A DNA stretch of 55,151 nucleotides. Origin: Candidatus Nealsonbacteria bacterium. Its GTDB lineage: Bacteria > Planctomycetota > Planctomycetia > Pirellulales > Thermoguttaceae. The position numbers were made by a program, and so were the translations under genes. Of the stretch, positions 16,462 through 26,444 are shown piece after piece. The DNA lies in contig JABMRB010001404.1 of NCBI GenBank assembly GCA_013202865.1, positions 1-55,151 of the forward strand. The letters are read 5' to 3'. Numbering within the stretch: the stretch's first letter is position 1; the number at the start of each line of letters is the position of its first letter. The notes below the pieces were generated by a model. It worked only from the letters and a program-made list of their open reading frames with translations, had not been told where the DNA came from and ran no database searches.

Positions 16462-17163
16462 ATGCGGCTAGGAATCATGCAACCGTACTTCTTGCCGTAC
16501 CTTGGCTACTTCCAACTGATGGCAGCAACGGAGAGGTTTGTCCTGCTCGACGACGTCAACTACATAAAGGGCGGCTGGATCAATCGCAACCGCATTCTTC
16601 TTGACGGTGAAGCTAGGTGGCTGACAATGCCGCTGGCAAAGGCGAGTCCCAACAGGCTTATCTGCGATATAGAGATTGAATCGGGCGCGGCCTGGAAACT
16701 GAAGATGCTGCGTTCGGTAGAGGCCGCGTATGGAAAAGCCCGATTCTTCACTCAGGCGTTCGCGATCCTAGAGGAGATTCTCACGACCAGCGAGATTGGC
16801 CTATCCCGGTTCCTTTATCGGTCGCTTTCAATCCTTAGTGACAATTTGGGTATGGACTCGGAAATCGTGCAGACTTCGGCCGTTTATCCCAATCGCGAAT
16901 TGCCCGGGGCCAGACGGGTTCTTGATATCTGCCTGAAAGAAACAGCCAATATCTATGTTAATGCCCCGGGAGGAAAGGGGTTGTACGACCCCGATCTATT
17001 CCGGCGGGCGGGAGTAGAATTGCAGTTTCTCAGCCCGATTCTACCTCCGTATGCCCAGAATACGAAAGAGTTCGTGTCGGGGCTTTCCATCATCGACGCA
17101 TTGATGTGGAACACCCCGGAGGAGGTTCTCACGATGATTCAGCAGTACGAGCTTTCAAAATGA
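16462..17163 (+). CDS. WbqC-family protein
   Basis: MRLGIMQPYFLPYLGYFQLM...LLDDVNYIKGGWINRNRI...WLTMPL. Confidence 0.8.
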   Translation: MRLGIMQPYFLPYLGYFQLMAATERFVLLDDVNYIKGGWINRNRILLDGEARWLTMPLAKASPNRLICDIEIESGAAWKLKMLRSVEAAYGKARFFTQAFAILEEILTTSEIGLSRFLYRSLSILSDNLGMDSEIVQTSAVYPNRELPGARRVLDICLKETANIYVNAPGGKGLYDPDLFRRAGVELQFLSPILPPYAQNTKEFVSGLSIIDALMWNTPEEVLTMIQQYELSK

Positions 17164-17371
17164 CGGGCATCGGCGGTTATCTGGAATGGGAGTTGGTTCG
17201 AGGGACTCAAAGCCTGCACTCCGGCGATTGCCTCGCCCTGAAGAGCGGTCGTGCATGCGTCCGTTGTTTGGTAGGCTCTTTGGCCAAGATTGCTACGCGA
17301 ACATCGTGCGCGAAAAGGGTGTGACCGAAACCACGTGTTTTCCTGCTTACCGCCAGGGCGAAATTCGGGCA

Positions 17372-18220
17372 ATGACAACGCAGGTGATGGCGCCTTGGTC
17401 CAATGAACGGAAACCGCAAATGTACGAAGAAGCAATCTTCTTGATGGGCATGGCACGTTCGGGCACGAGTTGGGTAGGGCAGATCTTTGATAGCTGTCCG
17501 GAGGTCCGATATCGATTTCAGCCCTTGTTCGCCTACCAGTTTCGTGAACGAGATTTCTCGAAGGAATTGCTGCGAGAGATTTATCTCTCCCGAGATCCGT
17601 TTGTCTGCCAAAGGAACTTGGCGGAGTTCCTGGCAAATGAGCAGGATTACGCACCATTCACGAATGTCGACGACCCGACGACGATGGTTCTTAAGATGAT
17701 TCGGTTTCACCATTTAGTGGAACGCATAATCGAGGATAGTGCAGTGGTCTATCTGGTGCGACATCCTTGCGGGGCGATCAATTCGTGGCTGAATTCGCCT
17801 GAGTGTAAGGTTCGAGACAACCCTGAGGAATGGCGTACAGGCGAAAAGAAAAAGGAAGGGGAAAGAAACAGATCGGGCATACGCGAATACTGTGGCTTTG
17901 ACGATTGGAAGACTGTAACACTAGACTATCTGCGTTTGGCGGAACGATTCCCCGATCGCTGTAGAATTCAATCGTACGAGGCAATGGTCGACGATACGCT
18001 AGGAGAAACGCAGGCCTTGTTTGATTGGTGTGACATACCTTTCACCGAGCAAACACAGCAGTTCATCGAGCTTAGCAGGCGTTCACATTCCGACGATCCC
18101 TATGCAGTCCTGAAGGATTCGCGTCGCGTAAGCAAGCAATGGGAACGCCAGTTGGAACCCCAGATCCGCGACGTGATTATCGGCGAGGTCACTGGTACGC
18201 CGCTGGAAAGGTTTGTGTAG
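17372..18220 (+). CDS. sulfotransferase family protein (ST2)
   Basis: 5'-PSB-like FLMGMARSGTSWVGQIF and 3'-PB-like VYLVRHPCGAINSW. Start is uncertain; the ORF opens at 17186. Confidence 0.7.
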   Translation: MTTQVMAPWSNERKPQMYEEAIFLMGMARSGTSWVGQIFDSCPEVRYRFQPLFAYQFRERDFSKELLREIYLSRDPFVCQRNLAEFLANEQDYAPFTNVDDPTTMVLKMIRFHHLVERIIEDSAVVYLVRHPCGAINSWLNSPECKVRDNPEEWRTGEKKKEGERNRSGIREYCGFDDWKTVTLDYLRLAERFPDRCRIQSYEAMVDDTLGETQALFDWCDIPFTEQTQQFIELSRRSHSDDPYAVLKDSRRVSKQWERQLEPQIRDVIIGEVTGTPLERFV

Positions 18221-18261
18221 TGCGCTGCTTTGTCTTGGGCTTTCTCCGGGAAAAGGAATGA

Positions 18262-19536
18262 ATGAAACAACGTGTGACCCACAGTAGTGCAGAGTTGGCC
18301 ATCTTCGGCGGAGATCTCGATTTCCGGGAGCCCCTTCACGTGGGTCGCCCCAACCTGGGTAGCCGCGAGGCGTTTCTCGCTCGGATCAACGACATGCTCG
18401 ACCGCGACTGGTTGACCAATAATGGGCCGTTTGTCCGGGAGTTTGAGCAGCGGATTGCCGACATGGTGGGCGTGAAGCATTGCGTGGCGATGTGCAACGC
18501 GACCATCGCGTTGGAAATCGTCACCCGGGCGCTGGAGCTAACCGGCGAGGTGATTGTCCCGTCGTTTACGTTCATTGCAACCGCCCACGCTTTGCAGTGG
18601 CAGCAGATCACGCCCGTCTTCTGCGATATCGATCCCCGCACGCACACCATCGACCCCGCGCGCGTGGAGGAACTGATTACGCCACGCACCACGGGCATCA
18701 TCGGCGTGCATACATGGGGGCATCCGTGCGACGTGGAGGCATTGACCGAGATCGCCCGACGCCGCGGGCTGACGCTGATGTTCGACGCGGCCCACGCTTT
18801 CGGCTGTACGCACCAGGGCCAGCCGATCGGCCGGTTCGGCGCGGCCGAGGTGTTCAGCTTTCATGCCACGAAGTTTTTCAACAGCCTCGAAGGCGGGGCC
18901 GTGATGACCAACGACGACGATCTGGCCGCCAAGATGCGACTGATGAAGAATTTCGGTTTTGCCGGGCCCGACAACGTCGTCTACATCGGCACCAACGGCA
19001 AGATGACCGAAGTATCCGCGGCAATGGGCCTGACTTCGCTGGAAAGCCTGGAAGCGTTTCGCCAAACGAATCGAGGCAACTACGAGGCGTACCGTCGCCA
19101 CCTGCAAAGCGTGGCCGGGCTGCGACTTATGGAGTACGACGATCGCGAGAGCAACAATTTCCAGTATATCATTTTGGAAGTCGACGAGTCGGCGTGTGGC
19201 CTAAGCCGCGACCAGTTGCAGAAGGTATTGCAGGCCGAGAACGTGCTAGCCCGTCGCTATTTCCATCCCGGTTGCCACCGCATGGAGCCGTATCGGTCGT
19301 ACTATCCCCACGCCCACCTGTTGTTGCCCGCCACCGAATCGGTATCCAGTCGCGTCCTCGTGCTTCCGACCGGAACGTCGATCGGTTCCGACGATATCGA
19401 GACGATCTGCCAGATCATCGCCACGGCCATCGCCCATGCGGACGCGGTGAAGGCACAACTGGCCACCACCCCTGAGATCGCCATCGAGGACGCATTGTCG
19501 TCCGCTCCCGCCCATCCGATTCGAGGTGAATTATGA
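18262..19536 (+). CDS. DegT/DnrJ/EryC1/StrS-family sugar aminotransferase
   Basis: LTNNGPFVREFEQRIA, CNATIALEI, VIVPSFTFIATAHA, and FSFHATKFFNSLEGGAV containing the PLP lysine. Confidence 0.9.
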   Translation: MKQRVTHSSAELAIFGGDLDFREPLHVGRPNLGSREAFLARINDMLDRDWLTNNGPFVREFEQRIADMVGVKHCVAMCNATIALEIVTRALELTGEVIVPSFTFIATAHALQWQQITPVFCDIDPRTHTIDPARVEELITPRTTGIIGVHTWGHPCDVEALTEIARRRGLTLMFDAAHAFGCTHQGQPIGRFGAAEVFSFHATKFFNSLEGGAVMTNDDDLAAKMRLMKNFGFAGPDNVVYIGTNGKMTEVSAAMGLTSLESLEAFRQTNRGNYEAYRRHLQSVAGLRLMEYDDRESNNFQYIILEVDESACGLSRDQLQKVLQAENVLARRYFHPGCHRMEPYRSYYPHAHLLLPATESVSSRVLVLPTGTSIGSDDIETICQIIATAIAHADAVKAQLATTPEIAIEDALSSAPAHPIRGEL

Positions 19537-20432
19537 AAGTAAGCGTCTGCATGATCACCTACAACCACGAGCCGTTCATCGCCCAGGCGATCGAGAGCGC
19601 GCTGATGCAGGAAACCGATTTCGACTACGAGATCGTCATCGGCGAGGATTGTTCGACGGATGGTACTCGGGAGATCGTGCGCCAATACGCGCAGAAGTAC
19701 CCAGACACAATTCGGGCGATGTTGCAGGAGAAGAACACCGGGGGGAAACAGAATTTCTCGAAAAGTCTGGCTGCCTGCCAAGGTGAATACATCGCGTTGC
19801 TCGAAGGCGACGACTATTGGACCTATCCACAGAAGCTGCAAGAACAGGTGAAACTGCTGGACGTGCATTCCGAGTACTCGATGTGCTTTCACAACGTGTA
19901 TCAAGAGTCCTCTAATGGCCGGCGAGTTGATCGGATGGAGCGGTTTTTGCGGTCGCGAGGCCAAATATGTAAGCAGAGAATCACGCTCGATGACATCGTA
20001 CGAGGATACGCCGTGCCAACCAACTCCGCGGTCGTGCGACGGGAAGTATTCCCGCTTCCGGCCATCGTGAGTCGTTCCGCTGGTTCCGATCGATTCATTT
20101 GGACTGTGGCGGCACAACGTGGCGACCTCGCATATATCGATGAACTTTGGGCCGTGTATCGGGTACATGATGGGGGTGTATTCTCCGGAATCTCAGCGAT
20201 AGACAAGCTCCAGCATTTGCTGAAGAACGACCACCTAATGAATGAAATGCTGGAGTACAAGTATGACGTGCAGCTTCGCCGAAGAATGGCCGATCGCCAC
20301 TATCAAATGGCGAAACTCCTGTTGAAGGATCGTCAGAAACGAAGCGCAGCAAGACATGCTTGGCGCTGCTTTCGGAATCATCCGCTACATCCTGGCCTTG
20401 CTCGGCTTCTTGTAAAGATGCTTCTGCGATGA
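19533..20432 (+). CDS. family 2 glycosyltransferase
   Basis: VSVCMITYNHEPFIAQAIESAL, EIVIGEDCSTDGT, LLEGDDYW. ATGA overlap with the upstream gene. Confidence 0.88.
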   Translation: MKVSVCMITYNHEPFIAQAIESALMQETDFDYEIVIGEDCSTDGTREIVRQYAQKYPDTIRAMLQEKNTGGKQNFSKSLAACQGEYIALLEGDDYWTYPQKLQEQVKLLDVHSEYSMCFHNVYQESSNGRRVDRMERFLRSRGQICKQRITLDDIVRGYAVPTNSAVVRREVFPLPAIVSRSAGSDRFIWTVAAQRGDLAYIDELWAVYRVHDGGVFSGISAIDKLQHLLKNDHLMNEMLEYKYDVQLRRRMADRHYQMAKLLLKDRQKRSAARHAWRCFRNHPLHPGLARLLVKMLLR

Positions 20433-20540
20433 CGCTTTCCGCCGGGCCAGAGAAGCTGTCTATCCCGTGCAAGTTTCCCAAATCGCGATGATCTCCGTGA
20501 CGGCAGTCGAGAACGCGTAATCGTTTCCAAGTTCTACCAC

Positions 20541-21971
20541 ATGCACATCCTCCTCCCCACATTCCTATTCCCACCCTTTTGCAGTCCTGGGTCGATGCGG
20601 CTGGGGCGGTTTGCGGGGCATTTCGCTTCGTTTGGGGGGCGGGTGACTGTGGTCACGGCGGCCATGGATGATTATCAAGCCGGATTTCCCAAGCGGCGGC
20701 ATCTGGACAAGACGCTGGTCGAGAGCTTGCCGCCGGAAGTGCGGATCGTGCGGACCGAACCGGTGCGGCCGGGTCTGATCTATCATTGGCTGCACCGGCA
20801 TCGGATGAGACGGCTGGTCCGATGCTGGTACTCGCCAGACATGGTCATCCGATGGCAGAGGGCGGCCGTTCGGGCATGCAAGGCCATCTGTCGGGACGAT
20901 CCGGTCGACAGCATCTACACCAGTTCCAATCCGCTCAGCGGCCATCTCGTTGGAATGGCTTTGTCAAGGGCGACTGGCTTGCCCTGGATCGCCGAGTTTC
21001 GCGACCCGTGGACATGCAGCCCTTTCAGGTCGTGGGAATCGGTTTTGCATTACCGTTACGAAAGGCGCCTGCAGGCGAAGATACTTCACCACGCCACAAA
21101 GACACTGATGAATACACCCGTCGCGCGAGCCCAACTTTTGGACGAGTTTCCCTGGCTCGCCCCGGGAAAAACGGATGCGGTCACCAACAGCTTCGAGCCA
21201 AGTGAAGTGAAAGAGGCGCGCAGTAAGCCAAGCGGCAAGAGCGACTCAAAGGTGATGCTAGTGGCCCACGTGGGAACAATGCGTGGAGTATCTCCACGAA
21301 ATCAAGAAGGAAAGCCAGGATTACACGGGAGAATTCGGCGGTTTCGCGACAACTGTGCGCGATATAGGCCGGTAGGAAGCGAACCACTTGGGAACAGTCC
21401 GTGGTTCTTGTTCCACGCATTGCGGGAACTGGTGGCGAGGCATCCCGAAGCGCGCGATCGCATAAGACTGGTGCTGGCGGGAAACATCGCCCTGGTAACC
21501 AACCCGGTGCGGGAATTGCGCAAGCTCGTGTCGGAAATGGGACTTGAGGGAATGGTGGAATATCTGGGCGAGATTCCCCACGAGGATGCGCTGACCTTGA
21601 TGCACAATGCCGACGTGCTGCTGGTCAATCAGGAGCGTTTGCTGGACGGACGCGCCTGTCCTGTCGTGGCAGCCAAGACCTACGAGTACATGGCAATGGA
21701 AAAGCCCATCCTCGGCTTGGTGCCGCCGGGGGATACTCGGGAGTTTCTTCTGAAGTCCGGCCTGGGGGTGATTACCGCTCCGGACGACGTGTCTGAAATC
21801 GCCGGGAAACTATTTGAACTTTACCAAGAACACACCAACGGCGGCATTCGCCGGACGCCGGACCGCGAGTTCATTGAGCAGTTTCGTAGTGATCGGTTGG
21901 CCCGAAAAGTGTGGGATATCTTCGAGGAAGTGACCGGGAAGAATCGCGCACTGGCGGCAATCCATGAGTGA
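20541..21971 (+). CDS. GT-B fold glycosyltransferase (GT4-like)
   Basis: N-terminal MHILLPTFLFPP...GRVTVVTA and C-terminal AAKTYEYMAMEKPILGLVPPGD. A weaker match than the other GT4 calls. Confidence 0.6.
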   Translation: MHILLPTFLFPPFCSPGSMRLGRFAGHFASFGGRVTVVTAAMDDYQAGFPKRRHLDKTLVESLPPEVRIVRTEPVRPGLIYHWLHRHRMRRLVRCWYSPDMVIRWQRAAVRACKAICRDDPVDSIYTSSNPLSGHLVGMALSRATGLPWIAEFRDPWTCSPFRSWESVLHYRYERRLQAKILHHATKTLMNTPVARAQLLDEFPWLAPGKTDAVTNSFEPSEVKEARSKPSGKSDSKVMLVAHVGTMRGVSPRNQEGKPGLHGRIRRFRDNCARYRPVGSEPLGNSPWFLFHALRELVARHPEARDRIRLVLAGNIALVTNPVRELRKLVSEMGLEGMVEYLGEIPHEDALTLMHNADVLLVNQERLLDGRACPVVAAKTYEYMAMEKPILGLVPPGDTREFLLKSGLGVITAPDDVSEIAGKLFELYQEHTNGGIRRTPDREFIEQFRSDRLARKVWDIFEEVTGKNRALAAIHE

Positions 21972-23109
21972 AAACAACGCGATCAAGGCCGGCGGGCCGG
22001 CGGGCGAGAGTCCGGGCCACGGGGTGAATCTGTCGTTTTTTTCCCGGGCGCTTGCCGCAGTGCGGCGACGCGTACGCCCACGCTTGGCGACGGCCGATCG
22101 ATGCCTGAGACACATTGCCGGGCCGTCGAGCTTTCTCAGTTCGCTCTACTATGCCCTATTCTCCCGAGCATTTGGTCGGGAACACCGTGGTGTACTGGCC
22201 GGGCGGAAGCGGTTTGCCGAGGAGACGGCGCGGCCGAGGGGGAGTTCGGCTTTCTTAAGGCGCAGCACGCACCGACTCGAAAAGGGACTGTTGATGCGGC
22301 CGCGGCGGCCCGTTTTCGGGCTGGATTTCATTCGGGAGATGGTTGACTGCTACGAGCGGGCCCTGGAACTGGCCGCTGGCAGGGACTGCTGTGGCGACGC
22401 AGAACTGCAGTGGCCCCACGAAGTGCTGGCCGAATACTTCAAGGTCGTTGCGTCCCATCCGCGAGTCGATCCGCTGAAGGAGCGATTTTCCGCGTTGCCA
22501 ATGCCGACAAACGGCGACGCGCGTGCTACCTGCGTGCCATACCGGCGAGACTTGTCGACTGCTTCACCGATCTCCTACGACGAACTGCTACAACTGTCGA
22601 TTCATCGCCGAAGCGTCCGCTGGTTTCAGCAGAGGGCCGTCCCAAGGGAGATGATCGACAAGGCGATCAAAATCGCGGCCTTGTCGCCAAGCGCCTGCAA
22701 TCGCCAGCCGTTCGAATTCCGAGTGTTTGACGACCCTGGCTGGGTCCGGAAGGTCGCCAACTCGCCGTACGGTACGAGCGGCTACGCGGACAACATTCCC
22801 GTGATGATCGTGGTAGTAGGTCAGTTACGGTGCTACTCAGAGGAGCGGGATCGCCACTTGATTTACATTGATGGGGCATTGGCATCAATGAGTCTCCTTT
22901 ACGCGTTGGAGGTTCAGGGCCTGAGTTCTTGCTGTATCAACTGGCCGGACGTGGAGGAACGCGAACGGGAACTGGCCGGGCTTATGAATCTCGATCCGGA
23001 TGAACGTGGCATTATGCTCATCGCGGCCGGCTATCCTGACCCAGAGGGGATGGTCGCCAGTTCCCGCAAGAAGCCGTTGGATGCCATTCGCAGGTACAAC
23101 TTCGAATGA
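21964..23109 (+). CDS. nitroreductase-family protein with ~190-aa N-terminal extension
   Basis: IHRRSVRWFQQRAVP, SPSACNRQPFEFRVF, IYIDGALASMSLLYALEVQGLSSC. ATGAGTGA overlap with the upstream gene. Confidence 0.75.
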   Translation: MSENNAIKAGGPAGESPGHGVNLSFFSRALAAVRRRVRPRLATADRCLRHIAGPSSFLSSLYYALFSRAFGREHRGVLAGRKRFAEETARPRGSSAFLRRSTHRLEKGLLMRPRRPVFGLDFIREMVDCYERALELAAGRDCCGDAELQWPHEVLAEYFKVVASHPRVDPLKERFSALPMPTNGDARATCVPYRRDLSTASPISYDELLQLSIHRRSVRWFQQRAVPREMIDKAIKIAALSPSACNRQPFEFRVFDDPGWVRKVANSPYGTSGYADNIPVMIVVVGQLRCYSEERDRHLIYIDGALASMSLLYALEVQGLSSCCINWPDVEERERELAGLMNLDPDERGIMLIAAGYPDPEGMVASSRKKPLDAIRRYNFE

Positions 23110-24242
23110 TCGTCGAAGTCTGTAGATGCAGCACGCGCAACAAAGGCGCCGAGTTGATGCTGGCGGCCATCCGGCAGCATTTTCAGCAGTCCAACGGCTG
23201 CGTTCAACTGGCGGTGGAACGTTGGTTCGGAAGCTACGAGGAGCGGGTCGCCTACGGCCTGTACCACAAGCTGGGAGAAACTCGTATTGGCCGGTCGGCG
23301 CTGGCCGTGTGGTTAATGCCGCGTTCATTCAGGAAGGCGTACGGGCTCGTCCATGAAGCGGAGATTGACGCGGTATTGGATGCTTCCGGCTTTGCCTACG
23401 GCGACCAACATGGTCCAGGACCATGCGAAAAACTGGCAGCGTGTGCGAAACGATGGAAGAAACAGGGCAAGAAGGTCGTCCTTCTGCCGCAAGCGCTCGG
23501 CCCGTTCACTGCTGCCTACGTGCGTACGGCCTTCCGGCGGGCGTATGACTGTGTCGATCTGGTCTATGCCCGAGAGAACGTTTCCTACCAACACGTGAAG
23601 CAGCTTGTCGGCCGCGACGACCGTCTCCGGCTTGCTCCCGACTTCACGAACCTGGTCGAAGGGCATTTGCCGCCAGATTGTGAGTGCAAACCGCGACAAG
23701 CGTGCATTGTTCCTAACAGCCGCATGATCGAGAAGACGGAAGCTCAGGAAAGCCGCCGGTACGTGCCGTTCCTTGCGGAGTGTATTTCCGAACTCGGTCA
23801 GAAGGGCATCGAGTCGTACATCCTCATCCATGACACCGCATCCGACGAGCCTTTGGTTGAACAACTACAAGCGGCCGTTGGTCGCCCGTTGCCCGTGGTG
23901 CGAGAACCGGACCCTGCCAGACTGAAGGGCATCCTGGGCAGCGCTTACGTGGTCGTTGGGTCCCGATTTCACGCCCTGGTCGGCGCGCTCTCGCAAGGCG
24001 TCCCGTCTCTTTCGACGAGTTGGAGCCATAAGTACGAAATGCTCTTTGACGACTATCGATGTCCGGAAATGGTCCTGCCGGTTACGGCCTCTCGGGAGAA
24101 GATTCGCGAGGCCGTCGCAGGCGTGTCAGACGAGCCGAGTCGCTCAGCCGTGCTGGATCGCTTGCGGCAGGCGAGTAAGGACCAGAAGAAGGCAACCGCT
24201 GGAATGTGGCAGGAAGTTGACGGTGTTCTCGGTGTCGGCTAG
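23106..24242 (+). CDS. polysaccharide pyruvyl transferase family protein (WcaK/CsaB-like)
   Basis: STRNKGAELM, VVLLPQALGPF, VVGSRFHALVGALSQGVPSLS. ATGA overlap with the nitroreductase gene. Confidence 0.75.
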   Translation: MIVEVCRCSTRNKGAELMLAAIRQHFQQSNGCVQLAVERWFGSYEERVAYGLYHKLGETRIGRSALAVWLMPRSFRKAYGLVHEAEIDAVLDASGFAYGDQHGPGPCEKLAACAKRWKKQGKKVVLLPQALGPFTAAYVRTAFRRAYDCVDLVYARENVSYQHVKQLVGRDDRLRLAPDFTNLVEGHLPPDCECKPRQACIVPNSRMIEKTEAQESRRYVPFLAECISELGQKGIESYILIHDTASDEPLVEQLQAAVGRPLPVVREPDPARLKGILGSAYVVVGSRFHALVGALSQGVPSLSTSWSHKYEMLFDDYRCPEMVLPVTASREKIREAVAGVSDEPSRSAVLDRLRQASKDQKKATAGMWQEVDGVLGVG

Positions 24243-25572
24243 CACCACCCAACGAGAAGAAGAGTTGCCCGGCAGCTCCCGAGACCCACAGCTTTTGTCT
24301 TCCGCTGAGATTGCCCGTACGGTTCAACGGGGTCGGCCCGATCGCTGCCTGTTCGTACAGTATACGGCAGAAGTCAGTGGATCAACGGTGAGCGGCCACA
24401 TGATCGCCAAGGCGCTCATCGATTCCGATTGGTGTGTGGATGTGGCCTTTGGGGTGAGCGGCCCGTTCTGCTGCAAGTACGAAGAGATTGGCTGCACGAG
24501 TCACGTCGTTCCTCATGGCCAGTGGCTTGTTGGTGGAAACCTGTGGAGGTCATGCCGCTGCTGGTACCGCGAGGGCCTGGCGATGTGCCGCTTCATCCGT
24601 CTCATGCGCAGAGTGCGACCTAAGCTAGTCTACGTGAACACGATTATGGGAGTGGCGGCAGTAGCTGCCGCACGCATTCTGCGGATCCCGAGCATTTGGC
24701 ACATCCGCGAACTGTTCGATGACGTCGGTGGAGAGATGATACCTCCGTCACTGGGTGGCAGGTACTTAGTTCGAAACGTGATAAGACGTTTGCCCGACCG
24801 CGTAATCGCCATCTCGCGAGCAGTCGTGGACAACATAGTGGGAGACCGCGCAACACGCAACGTGCATGTTGTTCCGAACGCCGTCGCTTCGGCGTTTTTC
24901 GAGGAGAACTGCCCGCAACGTGAATGTCGCACACGCTTGAAGGTGCCTTGCGAGGGGCCGCTGATCGGCGTGCCCGGCACGCTTCGGCCTGTCAAGGGAC
25001 ACGCTTTCTTTCTTGACGCGGCAGCCATTGTGGCACGCAAGTGTCCCGACTGCAACTTCGCGATTACAGGTGACGGGACCTCGAGATTTCGCGAGGAACT
25101 CCAAGAGAAAGTCGGCCGACTCGCGATTGAGCATCGCGTGCATTTTGTTGGGACAGTGCCAGACATGCGATGCTTCTACCGCGCGTGCGATCTGGTGTGC
25201 GTTCCTTCAAGGTCGGAGTCATTCGGCCGCACCGTCATTGAGGCGTTTGCGGCAGGTGTGCCGGTCGTTGCCAGTGCAGTAGGCGGGATTTGCGAGACAG
25301 TCGATCACGAAGCGACTGGCCTGCTGGTTCCTTTTGGGGACGTAGAAGGGCTCACGCGGCAACTCGTTCGACTACTCGAAGATCGGCCGTTGCGTGAGAC
25401 GCTGGCTGCCCGGGCTCAACAGAAGGCCAGAGCATGCTATAGCGAAACCGTCCACGTGGACCGTATTCGGTCCGTTGTGGAAGAGGTTGCACGCGTTGAT
25501 ACTGACCCTCGTGCAATGGTCGCCAAACATATCGTGAGTCGTTCGGACCGCAGACGCGGTAGGCAAGAGTAG
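24217..25572 (+). CDS. family 4 (GT-B) glycosyltransferase
   Basis: CLFVQYTAEVSGST N-terminus and ESFGRTVIEAFAAGVPVVASAVGGICETV. Start is uncertain: TTG 24217 or GTG 24223/24232. The ORF is open from 23956 but overlaps the previous gene. Confidence 0.85.
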   Translation: MTVFSVSASTTQREEELPGSSRDPQLLSSAEIARTVQRGRPDRCLFVQYTAEVSGSTVSGHMIAKALIDSDWCVDVAFGVSGPFCCKYEEIGCTSHVVPHGQWLVGGNLWRSCRCWYREGLAMCRFIRLMRRVRPKLVYVNTIMGVAAVAAARILRIPSIWHIRELFDDVGGEMIPPSLGGRYLVRNVIRRLPDRVIAISRAVVDNIVGDRATRNVHVVPNAVASAFFEENCPQRECRTRLKVPCEGPLIGVPGTLRPVKGHAFFLDAAAIVARKCPDCNFAITGDGTSRFREELQEKVGRLAIEHRVHFVGTVPDMRCFYRACDLVCVPSRSESFGRTVIEAFAAGVPVVASAVGGICETVDHEATGLLVPFGDVEGLTRQLVRLLEDRPLRETLAARAQQKARACYSETVHVDRIRSVVEEVARVDTDPRAMVAKHIVSRSDRRRGRQE

Positions 25573-25594
25573 AGTCAGTCAATTCGATAGGCCG

Positions 25595-26443
25595 ATGAAA
25601 ACAGATCTAGCGAGACAGGTGCGAGGCTTTGTTAGAGACAAAGTGAAGCGTTTCTGCTACAAGGCAACGATCACTTTCCGATATCACTGCCAGCCCCGGC
25701 AACCTAAACAGGTGTTTTTCGTCATCACGCGAGCAAGGAGCGGCAGCACTCTATTCGACAGCTACCTAAACTCGGTATCGGATGTTGCTTCGGCGGGCGA
25801 AGTGCTTGGTGTCAGATTGCCCCAGGGACTTCCTCGCCGAGTTAAGTCAGAAAAGCAAGTACTTCGGCACATCTCGTATTGCCTCAACAACCTACCCGAG
25901 CGTGTCAGTGGAGCAAAACTACTGTTAGGGCAAATGCACTTGCGTGAATTGACAATTGAAGATCTTCACGTCCGATTTCCAAACGCAAAGTACCTAATCC
26001 TCTACAGGGGCTCCGTCGTAAAGAACTTTCTTTCCTGGACAATCGCGAAGCAGACGGGCAAGTGGGTCCGTGCCCAGTTCGACAAGACGATTCACATTGC
26101 CCCGGAAGACTTCCTTCAGTTTTGCAAACGCGGCGAGTTGGCGTTTCGCGAGATCCTTCAGCACGACTGGTTACGCAGCCAAGCCAGTATCGTTCGCTAT
26201 GAGGACCTGGCGACCGACCAGCAGAGGGTTTTTGAACAAGATGTCTTCCCGCTCTTGGATCTTCCCGTTACGTCAGTCCATACCAGCATGGCAAAGCAGA
26301 GTCGCAGAAGACCGTGCGACGTGGTTGAGAACTACGACGAAGTCAGAGAACTGTTCGAGCAATATGGCACAATGAAACTGTCGTGGGACGAACCATACGT
26401 CGACATAGGCAACGTCGCATCTGATTGTACGTCTAAACGATAG
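25595..26443 (+). CDS. sulfotransferase family protein (ST3)
   Basis: 5'-PSB-like FFVITRARSGSTLFDSYL and 3'-PB-like LILYRGSVVKNFLSW. Confidence 0.65.
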   Translation: MKTDLARQVRGFVRDKVKRFCYKATITFRYHCQPRQPKQVFFVITRARSGSTLFDSYLNSVSDVASAGEVLGVRLPQGLPRRVKSEKQVLRHISYCLNNLPERVSGAKLLLGQMHLRELTIEDLHVRFPNAKYLILYRGSVVKNFLSWTIAKQTGKWVRAQFDKTIHIAPEDFLQFCKRGELAFREILQHDWLRSQASIVRYEDLATDQQRVFEQDVFPLLDLPVTSVHTSMAKQSRRRPCDVVENYDEVRELFEQYGTMKLSWDEPYVDIGNVASDCTSKR

Positions 26444-26444
26444 C

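Noticed and set aside
18480-19475. 331-aa alternative-frame ORF inside the DegT aminotransferase gene
   Set aside because: The translation is Arg/Gly/Pro-rich without motifs, and it overlaps a confidently identified gene in another frame.
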